NCBI GenBank assembly: GCA_964057225.1
Contig: OZ059895.1
Location: 6,882,001 to 6,946,000 of the forward strand
Length of the DNA: 64,000 nucleotides
Direction of reading: 5' to 3'
DNA from: Auanema rhodensis
Taxonomy: Eukaryota > Animalia > Nematoda
The notes under the pieces are model-generated. The model made no database searches. It had not been told where the DNA came from and was given only the letters and a program-made list of their open reading frames with translations. Shown in pieces: positions 1 through 11,088 of the stretch (position 1 is its first letter; every line of letters begins with the position of its first letter). The position numbers were made by a program, and so were the translations under genes.

Positions 1-3000
1 GAAGCTTGTCTATCTCTCGACCGGAAATGGTTATTGTTCAGACAATCTCAGTCTAGAGTTTTGAATGTTCTTCTGAACAGGAATACGGTGCACGTGCCAT
101 TTGCCTTGGGGTATTCAACTTCATTTTTGGTTTAATTACCCAAGTTTGAGGTACTTTGATGATTCAACAAGGGTTACACCTGATGTTGAACTAAATTTTG
201 GAAAGCTCACTATATGTGAGCAACATTGATATTTCATCTCTCTGAAGATTCGGAAGCTTGTCTATCTCTTGACCGGAAATGTTTATTGTTCAGACAATCT
301 CAGTCTAGAGTTTTGAATGTTCTTCTGAACAGGAATACGGTGCACGTGCCATTTGCCTTGGGGTATTCAACTTCATTTTTGGTTTAATCACCCAAGTTTG
401 AGGTACTTTGATGATTCAACAACGGTTACACCTGATGTTGAACTAAATTTTGGAAAGCTCACTATATGTGAGCAACATTGATATTTCATCTCTCTGAAGA
501 TTCGGAAGCTTGTCTATCTCTTGACCGGAAATGTTTATTGTTCAGACAATCTCAGTCTAGAGTTTTGAATGTTCTTCTGAACAGGAATACGGTGCACGTG
601 CCATTTGCCTTGGGGTATTCAACTTCATTTTTGGTTTAATCACCCAAGTTTGAGGTACTTTGATGATTCAACAACGGTTACACCTGATGTTGAACTAAAT
701 TTTGGAAAGCTCACTATATGTGAGCAACATTGATATTTCATCACTCTGAACATTCGGAAGCTTGTCTATCTCTTGACCGGAAATGTTTATTGTTCAGACA
801 ATCTCAGTCTAGAGTTTTGAATGTTCTTCTGAACAGGAATACAGTGCACGTGCCATTTGCCTTGGGGTATTCAACTTCATTTTTGGTTTAATCACCCAAG
901 TTTGAGGTACTTTGATGATTCAACAACGGTTACACCTGATGTTGAACTAAATTTTGGAAAGCTCACTATATGTGAGCAACATTGATATTTCATCTCTCTG
1001 AAGATTCGGAAGCTTGTCTATCTCTTGACCGGAAATGTTTATTGTTCAGACAATCTCAGTCTAGAGTTTTGAATGTTCTTCTGAACAGGAATACGGTGCA
1101 CGTGCCATTTGCCTTGGGGTATTCAACTTCATTTTTGGTTTAATTACCCAAGTTTGAGGTACTTTGATGATTCAACAAGGGTTACACCTGATGTTGAACT
1201 AAATTTTGAAAAGCTCACTATATGTGAGCAACATTGATATTTCATCTCTCTGAAGATTTGGAAGCTTGTCTATCTCTTGACCGGAAACTTTTATTGTTCA
1301 GACAATCTCAGTCTAGAGTTTTGAATGTTCTTCTGAACAGGAATACGGTGCACGTGCCATTTGCCTTGGGGTATTCAACTTCATTTTTGGTTTAATTACC
1401 CAAGTTTGAGGTACTTTGATGATTCAACAAGGGTTACACCTGATGTTGAACTAAATTTTGGAAAGCTCACTATATGTGAGCAACATTGATATTTCATCTC
1501 TCTGAAGATTCGGAAGCTTGTCTATCTCTTTACCGGAAACTTTTATTGTTCAGACAATCTCAGTCTAGAGTTTTGAATGTTCTTCTGAACAGGAATACGG
1601 TGCACGTGCCATTTGCCTTGGGGTATTCAACTTCATTTTTGGTTTAATTACCCAAGTTTGAGGTACTTTGATGATTCAACAAGGGTTACACCTGATGTTG
1701 AACTAAATTTTGGAAAGCTCACTATATGTGAGCAACATTGATATTTCATCTCTCTGAAGATTTGGAAGCTTGTCTATCTCTTGACCGGAAACTTTTATTG
1801 TTCAGACAATCTCAGTCTAGAGTTTTGAATGTTCTTCTGAACAGGAATACGGTGCACGTGCCATTTGCCTTGGGGTATTCATCTTCATCTTTGGTTTAAT
1901 TACCCAAGTTTGAGGTACTTTGATGATTCAACAAGGGTTACACCTGATGTTGAACTAAATTTTGGAAAGCTCACTATATGTGAGCAACATTGATATTTCA
2001 TCTCTCTGAAGATTCGGAAGCTTGTCTATCTCTTTACCGGAAACTTTTATTGTTCAGACAATCTCAGTCTAGAGTTTTGAATGTTCTTCTGAACAGGAAT
2101 ACGGTGCACGTGCCATTTGCCTTGGGGTATTCAACTTCATTTTTGGTTTAATTACCCAAGTTTGATGTACTTTGATGATTCAACAAGGGTTACACCTGAT
2201 GTTGAACTAAATTTTGGAAAGCTCACTATATGTGAGCAACATTGATATTTCATCTCTCTGAAGATTCGGAAGCTTGTCTATCTCTTGACCGGAAACTTTT
2301 ATTGTTCAGACAATCTCAGTCTAGAGTTTTGAATGTTCTTCTGAACTGGAATTCGGTGCACGTGCCATTTGCCTTGGGGTATTCAACTTCATTTTTGGTT
2401 TAATTACCCAAGTTTGAGGTACTTTGATGATTCAACAAGGGTTACACCTGATGTTGAACTAAATTTTGGAAAGCTCACTATATGTGAGCAACATTGATAT
2501 TTCATCTCTCTGAAGATTCGGAAGCTTGTCTATCTCTTTACCGGAAACTTTTATTGTTCAGACAATCTCAGTCTAGAGTTTTGAATGTTCTTCTGAACAG
2601 GAATACGGTGCACGTGCCATTTGCCTTGGGGTATTCAACTTCATTTTTGGTTTAATTACCCAAGTTTGAGGTACTTTGATGATTCAACAAGGGTTACACC
2701 TGATGTTGAACTAAATTTTGGAAAGCTCACTATATGTGAGCAACATTGATATTTCATCTCTCTGAAGATTCGGAAGCTTGTCTATCTCTTGACCGGAAAC
2801 TTTTATTGTTCAGACAATCTCAGTTTAGAGTTTTGAATGTTCTTCTGAACAGGAATTCGGTGCACGTGCCATTTGCCTTGGGGTATTCAACTTCATTTTT
2901 GGTTTAATTACCCAAGTTTGAGGTACTTTGATGATTCAACAAGGGTTACACCTGATGTTGAACTAAATTTTGGAAAGCTCACTATATGTGAGCAACATTG

Positions 3001-5544
3001 ATATTTCATCTCTCTGAAGATTCGGAAGCTTGTCTATCTCTTGACCGGAAACTTTTATTGTTCAGACAATCTCAGTCTAGAGTTTTGAATGTTCTTCTGA
3101 ACAGGAATACGGTGCACGTGCCATTTGCCTCGGGGTATTCAACTTCATTTTTGGTTTAATTACCCAAGTTTGAGGTACTTTGATTTTTCAACAAGGGTTA
3201 CACCTGATGTTGAACTAAATTTTGGAAAGCTCACTATATGTGAGCAACATTGATATTTCATCTCTCTGAAGATTCGGAAGCTTGTCTATCTCTTTACCGG
3301 AAACTTTTATTGTTCAGACAATCTCAGTCTAGAGTTTTGAATGTTCTTCTGAACAGGAATACGGTGCACGTGCCATTTGCCTTGGGGTATTCAACTTCAT
3401 TTTTGGTTTAATTACCCAAGTTTGAGGTACTTTGATGATTCAACAAGGGTTACACCTGATGTTGAACTAAATTTTGGAAAGCTCACTATATGTGAGCAAC
3501 ATTGATATTTCATCTCTCTGAAGATTCGGAAGCTTGTCTATCTCTTGACCGGAAACTTTTATTGTTCAGACAATCTCAGTTTAGAGTTTTGAATGTTCTT
3601 CTGAACAGGAATTCGGTGCACGTGCCATTTGCCTTGGGGTATTCAACTTCATTTTTGGTTTAATTACCCAAGTTTGAGGTACTTTGATGATTCAACAAGG
3701 GTTACACCTGATGTTGAACTAAATTTTGGAAAGCTCACTATATGTGAGCAACATTGATATTTCATCTCTCTGAAGATTCGGAAGCTTGTCTATCTCTTGA
3801 CCGGAAACTTTTATTGTTCAGACAATCTCAGTCTAGAGTTTTGAATGTTCTTCTGAACAGGAATTCGGTGCACGTGCCATTTGCCTTGGGGTATTCAACT
3901 TCATTTTTGGTTTAATTACCCAAGTTTGAGGTACTTTGATGATTCAACAAGGGTTACACCTGATGTTGAACTAAATTTTGGAAAGCTCACTATATGTGAG
4001 CAACATTGATATTTCATCTCTCTGAAGATTCGGAAGCTTGTCTATCTCTTTACCGGAAACTTTTATTGTTCAGACAATCTCAGTCTAGAGTTTTGAATGT
4101 TCTTCTGAACAGGAATACGGTGCACGTGCCATTTGCCTTGGGGTATTCAACTTCATTTTTGGTTTAATTACCCAAGTTTGAGGTACTTTGATGATTCAAC
4201 AAGGGTTACACCTGATGTTGAACTAAATTTTGGAAAGCTCACTATATGTGAGCAACATTGATATTTCATCTCTCTGAAGATTTGGAAGCTTGTCTATCTC
4301 TTGACCGGAAACTTTTATTGTTCAGACAATCTCAGTCTAGAGTTTTGAATGTTCTTCTGAACAGGAATACGGTGCACGTGCCATTTGCCTTGGGGTATTC
4401 AACTTCATTTTTGGTTTAATTACCCAAGTTTGAGGTACTTTGACGATTCAACAAGGGTTACACCTGATGTTGAACTAAATTTTGGAAAGCTCACTATATG
4501 TGAGCAACATTGATATTTCATCTCTCTGAAGATTTGGAAGCTTGTCTATCTCTTGACCGGAAACTTTTATTGTTCAGACAATCTCAGTCTAGAGTTTTGA
4601 ATGTTCTTCTGAACAGGAATACGGTGCACGTGCCATTTGCCTTGGGGTATTCAACTTCATTTTTGGTTTAATTACCCAAGTTTGAGGTACTTTGATGATT
4701 CAACAAGGGTTACACCTGATGTTGAACTAAATTTTGGAAAGCTCACTATATGTGAGCAACATTGATATTTCATCTCTCTGAAGATTTGGAAGCTTGTCTA
4801 TCTCTTGACCGGAAACTTTTATTGTTCAGAAAATCTCAGTCTAGAGTTTTGAATGTTCTTCTGAACAGGAATACGGTGCACGTGCCATTTGCCTTGGGGT
4901 ATTCAACTTCATTTTTGGTTTAATTACCCAAGTTTGATGTACTTTGATGATTCAACAAGGGTTACACCTGATGTTGAACTAAATTTTGGAAAGCTCACTA
5001 TATGTGAGCAACATTGATATTTCATCTCTCTGAAGATTCGGAAGCTTGTCTATCTGTTGACCGGAAACTTTTATTGTTCAGACAATCTCAGTCTAGAGTT
5101 TTGAATGTTCTTCTGAACAGGAATTCGGTGCACGTGCCATTTGCCTTGGGGTATTCAACTTCATTTTTGGTTTAATTACCCAAGTTTGAGGTACTTTGAT
5201 GATTCAACAAGGGTTACACCTGATGTTGAACTAAATTTTGGAAAGCTCACTATATGTGAGCAACATTGATATTTCATCTCTCTGAAGATTCGGAAGCTTG
5301 TCTATCTCTTTACCGGAAACTTTTATTGTTCAGACAATCTCAGTCTAGAGTTTTGAATGTTCTTCTGAACAGGAATACGGTGCACGTGCCATTTGCCTTG
5401 GGGTATTCAACTTCATTTTTGGTTTAATTACCCAAGTTTGAGGTACTTTGATGATTCAACAAGGGTTACACCTGATGTTGAACTAAATTTTGGAAAGCTC
5501 ACTATATGTGAGCAACATTGATATTTCATCTCTCTGAAGATTCG

Positions 5545-8500
5545 GAAGCTTGTCTATCTCTTGACCGGAAACTTTTATTGTTCAGACAATCTCAGTTTAG
5601 AGTTTTGAATGTTCTTCTGAACAGGAATTCGGTGCACGTGCCATTTGCCTTGGGGTATTCAACTTCATTTTTGGTTTAATTACCCAAGTTTGAGGTACTT
5701 TGATGATCCAACAAGGGTTACACCTGATGTTGAACTAAATTTTGGAAAGCTCACTATATGTGAGCAACATTGATATTTCATCTCTCTGAAGATTCGGAAG
5801 CTTGTCTATCTCTTTACCGGAAACTTTTATTGTTCAGACAATCTCAGTCTAGAGTTTTGAATGTTCTTCTGAACAGGAATACGGTGCACGTGCCATTTGC
5901 CTTGGGGTATTCAACTTCATTTTTGGTTTAATTACCCAAGTTTGATGTACTTTGATGATTCAACAAGGGTTACACCTGATGTTGAACTAAATTTTGGAAA
6001 GCTCACTATATGTGAGCAACATTGATATTTCATCTCTCTGAAGATTCGGAAGCTTGTCTATCTCTTGACCGGAAACTTTTATTGTTCAGACAATCTCAGT
6101 TTAGAGTTTTGAATGTTCTTCTGAACAGGAATTCGGTGCACGTGCCATTTGCCTTGGGGTATTCAACTTCATTTTTGGTTTAATTACCCAAGTTTGATGT
6201 ACTTTGATGATTCAACAAGGGTTACACCTGATGTTGAACTAAATTTTGGAAAGCTCACTATATGTGAGCAACATTGATATTTCATCTCTCTGAAGATTCG
6301 GAAGCTTGTCTATCTCTTTACCGGAAACTTTTATTGTTCAGACAATCTCAGTCTAGAGTTTTGAATGTTCTTCTGAACAGGAATTCGGTGCACGTGCCAT
6401 TTGCCTTGGGGTATTCAACTTCATTTTTGGTTTAATTACCCAAGTTTGATGTACTTTGATGATTCAACAAGGGTTACACCTGATGTTGAACTAAATTTTG
6501 GAAAGCTCACTATATGTGAGCAACATTGATATTTCATCTCTCTGAAGATTCGGAAGCTTGTCTATCTCTTGACCGGAAACTTTTATTGTTCAGACAATCT
6601 CAGTTTAGAGTTTTGAATGTTCTTCTGAACAGGAATACGGTGCACGTGCCATTTGCCTTGGGGTATTCAACTTCATTTTTGGTTTAATTACCCAAGTTTG
6701 AGGTACTTTGATGATTCAACAAGGGTTACACCTGATGTTGAACTAAATTTTGGAAAGCTCACTATATGTGAGCAACATTGATATTTCATCTCTCTGAAGA
6801 TTCGGAAGCTTGTCTATCTCTTGACCGGAAACTTTTATTGTTCAGACAATCTCAGTCTAGAGTTTTGAATGTTCTTCTGAACAGGAATACGGTGCACGTG
6901 CCATTTGCCTTGGGGTATTCAACTTCATTTTTGGTTTAATTACCCAAGTTTGAGGTACTTTGATGATTCAACAAGGGTTACACCTGATGTTGAACTAAAT
7001 TTTGGAAAGCTCACTATATGTGAGCAACATTGATATTTCATCTCTCTGAAGATTCGGAAGCTTGTCTATCTCTTGACCGGAAACTTTTATTGTTCAGACA
7101 ATCTCAGTTTAGAGTTTTGAATGTTCTTCTGAACAGGAATTCGGTGCACGTGCCATTTGCCTTGGGGTATTCAACTTCATTTTTGGTTTAATTACCCAAG
7201 TTTGAGGTACTTTGATGATCCAACAAGGGTTACACCTGATGTTGAACTAAATTTTGGAAAGCTCACTATATGTGAGCAACATTGATATTTCATCTCTCTG
7301 AAGATTCGGAAGCTTGTCTATCTCTTTACCGGAAACTTTTATTGTTCAGACAATCTCAGTCTAGAGTTTTGAATGTTCTTCTGAACAGGAATACGGTGCA
7401 CGTGCCATTTGCCTTGGGGTATTCAACTTCATTTTTGGTTTAATTACCCAAGTTTGATGTACTTTGATGATTCAACAAGGGTTACACCTGATGTTGAACT
7501 AAATTTTGGAAAGCTCACTATATGTGAGCAACATTGATATTTCATCTCTCTGAAGATTCGGAAGCTTGTCTATCTCTTGACCGGAAACTTTTATTGTTCA
7601 GACAATCTCAGTTTAGAGTTTTGAATGTTCTTCTGAACAGGAATTCGGTGCACGTGCCATTTGCCTTGGGGTATTCAACTTCATTTTTGGTTTAATTACC
7701 CAAGTTTGATGTACTTTGATGATTCAACAAGGGTTACACCTGATGTTGAACTAAATTTTGGAAAGCTCACTATATGTGAGCAACATTGATATTTCATCTC
7801 TCTGAAGATTCGGAAGCTTGTCTATCTCTTTACCGGAAACTTTTATTGTTCAGACAATCTCAGTCTAGAGTTTTGAATGTTCTTCTGAACAGGAATTCGG
7901 TGCACGTGCCATTTGCCTTGGGGTATTCAACTTCATTTTTGGTTTAATTACCCAAGTTTGATGTACTTTGATGATTCAACAAGGGTTACACCTGATGTTG
8001 AACTAAATTTTGGAAAGCTCACTATATGTGAGCAACATTGATATTTCATCTCTCTGAAGATTCGGAAGCTTGTCTATCTCTTGACCGGAAACTTTTATTG
8101 TTCAGACAATCTCAGTTTAGAGTTTTGAATGTTCTTCTGAACAGGAATTCGGTGCACGTGCCATTTGCCTTGGGGTATTCAACTTCATTTTTGGTTTAAT
8201 TACCCAAGTTTGATGTACTTTGATGATTCAACAAGGGTTACACCTGATGTTGAACTAAATTTTGGAAAGCTCACTATATGTGAGCAACATTGATATTTCA
8301 TCTCTCTGAAGATTCGGAAGCTTGTCTATCTCTTGACCGGAAACTTTTATTGTTCAGACAATCTCAGTCTAGAGTTTTGAATGTTCTTCTGAACAGGAAT
8401 ACGGTGCACGTGCCATTTGCCTTGGGGTATTCAACTTCATTTTTGGTTTAATTACCCAAGTTTGAGGTACTTTGATGATTCAACAAGGGTTACACCTGAT

Positions 8501-8568
8501 GTTGAACTAAATTTTGGAAAGCTCACTATATGTGAGCAACATTGATATTTCATCTCTCTGAAGATTCG
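5545..8568 (+). repeat. Local higher-order repeat: 6-monomer block (1512 bp) duplicated in tandem
   Basis: Private variant GATCCAAC at 5708 and 7220 (1512 apart), followed by nearly the same order of GTTTAG / GAATTC / GATGTAC variants in 5545-7056 and 7057-8568. Confidence 0.85.
6805..7056 (+). repeat. Representative consensus-type monomer (252 bp) with HindIII AAGCTT (pos 2-7), HpaII/MspI CCGG (21-24), XbaI TCTAGA (52-57), ApaLI GTGCAC (88-93) and PmlI CACGTG (91-96)
   Basis: This copy carries the common allele at every variable site I tracked. Hand count: 95 G+C, 66 A, 91 T of 252. Confidence 0.9.
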
Positions 8569-11088
8569 GAAGCTTGTCTATCTCTTGACCGGAAACTTTT
8601 ATTGTTCAGACAATCTCAGTTTAGAGTTTTGAATGTTCTTCTGAACAGGAATTCGGTGCACGTGCCATTTGCCTTGGGGTATTCAACTTCATTTTTGGTT
8701 TAATTACCCAAGTTTGAGGTACTTTGATGATTCAACAAGGGTTACACCTGATGTTGAACTAAATTTTGGAAAGCTCACTATATGTGAGCAACATTGATAT
8801 TTCATCTCTCTGAAGATTCGGAAGCTTGTCTATCTCTTTACCGGAAACTTTTATTGTTCAGACAATCTCAGTCTAGAGTTTTGAATGTTCTTCTGAACAG
8901 GAATACGGTGCACGTGCCATTTGCCTTGGGGTATTCAACTTCATTTTTGGTTTAATTACCCAAGTTTGAGGTACTTTGATGATTCAACAAGGGCTACACC
9001 TGATGTTGAACTAAATTTTGGAAAGCTCACTATATGTGAGCAACATTGATATTTCATCTCTCTGAAGATTCGGAAGCTTGTCTATCTCTTTACCGGAAAC
9101 TTTTATTGTTCAGACAATCTCAGTCTAGAGTTTTGAATGTTCTTCTGAACAGGAATACGGTGCACGTGCCATTTGCCTTGGGGTATTCAACTTCATTTTT
9201 GGTTTAATTACCCAAGTTTGAGGTACTTTGATGATTCAACAAGGGTTACACCTGATGTTGAACTAAATTTTGGAAAGCTCACTATATGTGAGCAACATTG
9301 ATATTTCATCTCTCTGAAGATTCGGAAGCTTGTCTATCTCTTTACCGGAAACTTTTATTGTTCAGACAATCTCAGTCTAGAGTTTTGAATGTTCTTCTGA
9401 ACAGGAATACGGTGCACGTGCCATTTGCCTTGGGGTATTCATCTTGATCTTCGGTTTAATTACCCAAGTTTGAGGTACTTTGATGATTCAACAAGGGTTA
9501 CACCTGATGTTGAACTAAATTTTGGAAAGCTCACTATATGTGAGCAACATTGATATTTCATCTCTCTGAAGATTCGGAAGCTTGTCTATCTCTTTACCGG
9601 AAACTTTTATTGTTCAGACAATCTCAGTCTAGAGTTTTGAATGTTCTTCTGAACAGGAATACGGTGCACGTGCCATTTGCCTTGGGGTATTCAACTTCAT
9701 TTTTGGTTTAATTACCCAAGTTTGAGGTACTTTGATGATTCAACAAGGGCTACACCCGATGTTGAACTAAATTTTGGAAAGCTCACTATATGTGAGCAAC
9801 ATTGATATTTCATCTCTCTGAAGATTCGGAAGCTTGTCTATCTCTTTACCGGAAACTTTTATTGTTCAGACAATCTCAGTCTAGAGTTTTGAATGTTCTT
9901 CTGAACAGGAATTCGGTGCACGTGCCATTTGCCTTGGGGTATTCAACTTCATTTTTGGTTTAATTACCCAAGTTTGAGGTACTTTGATGATTCAACAAGG
10001 GTTACACCTGATGTTGAACTAAATTTTGGAAAGCTCACTATATGTGAGCAACATTGATATTTCATCTCTCTGAAGATTCGGAAGCTTGTCTATCTCTTGA
10101 CCGGAAACTTTTATTGTTCAGACAATCTCAGTTTAGAGTTTTGAATGTTCTTCTGAACAGGAATTCGGTGCACGTGCCATTTGCCTTGGGGTATTCAACT
10201 TCATTTTTGGTTTAATTACCCAAGTTTGAGGTACTTTGATGATTCAACAAGGGTTACACCTGATGTTGAACTAAATTTTGGAAAGCTCACTATATGTGAG
10301 CAACATTGATATTTCATCTCTCTGAAGATTCGGAAGCTTGTCTATCTCTTTACCGGAAACTTTTATTGTTCAGACAATCTCAGTCTAGAGTTTTGAATGT
10401 TCTTCTGAACAGGAATACGGTGCACGTGCCATTTGCCTTGGGGTATTCAACTTCATTTTTGGTTTAATTACCCAAGTTTGAGGTACTTTGATGATTCAAC
10501 AAGGGCTACACCTGATGTTGAACTAAATTTTGGAAAGCTCACTATATGTGAGCAACATTGATATTTCATCTCTCTGAAGATTCGGAAGCTTGTCTATCTC
10601 TTTACCGGAAACTTTTATTGTTCAGACAATCTCAGTCTAGAGTTTTGAATGTTCTTCTGAACAGGAATACGGTGCACGTGCCATTTGCCTTGGGGTATTC
10701 AACTTCATTTTTGGTTTAATTACCCAAGTTTGAGGTACTTTGATGATTCAACAAGGGTTACACCTGATGTTGAACTAAATTTTGGAAAGCTCACTATATG
10801 TGAGCAACATTGATATTTCATCTCTCTGAAGATGCGGAAGCTTGTCTATCTCTTTACCGGAAACTTTTATTGTTCAGACAATCTCAGTCTAGAGTTTTGA
10901 ATGTTCTTCTGAACAGGAATACGGTGCACGTGCCATTTGCCTTGGGGTATTCATCTTGATCTTCGGTTTAATTACCCAAGTTTGAGGTACTTTGATGATT
11001 CAACAAGGGTTACACCTGATGTTGAACTAAATTTTGGAAAGCTCACTATATGTGAGCAACATTGATATTTCATCTCTCTGAAGATTCG
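8569..11088 (+). repeat. Second 6-monomer-offset duplication (8569-9576 matches 10081-11088)
   Basis: The order [GTTTAG+GAATTC], [GGCTACACCTG], [plain TTTA], [CATCTTGATCTTCGG] repeats at +1512. Confidence 0.8.

Noticed and set aside
170-176. Telomere-like AGGGTTA
   Set aside because: A single unit per monomer, not tandem, and often mutated (ACGGTTA, AGGGCTA); consistent with chance.
1-252. Tandem 5S rRNA, tRNA, snRNA or spliced-leader gene unit
   Set aside because: I recognise no conserved motif of these RNAs or cloverleaf on either strand. An Rfam/Infernal scan would settle it.
57-252. Ancestral shorter subunit (e.g. 3x84 or 2x126) inside the monomer
   Set aside because: Short similarities exist (TATTCAACTTCATTTTTGG vs TGTTGAACTAAATTTTGG; ATTCAAC twice; TCTGAA twice), but their offsets (about 49, 72, 86, 169) give no consistent period by eye.
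249-265. CENP-B box at TTCGGAAGC
   Set aside because: Only TTCG matches; the downstream A and CGGG of the core TTCGNNNNANNCGGG are absent.
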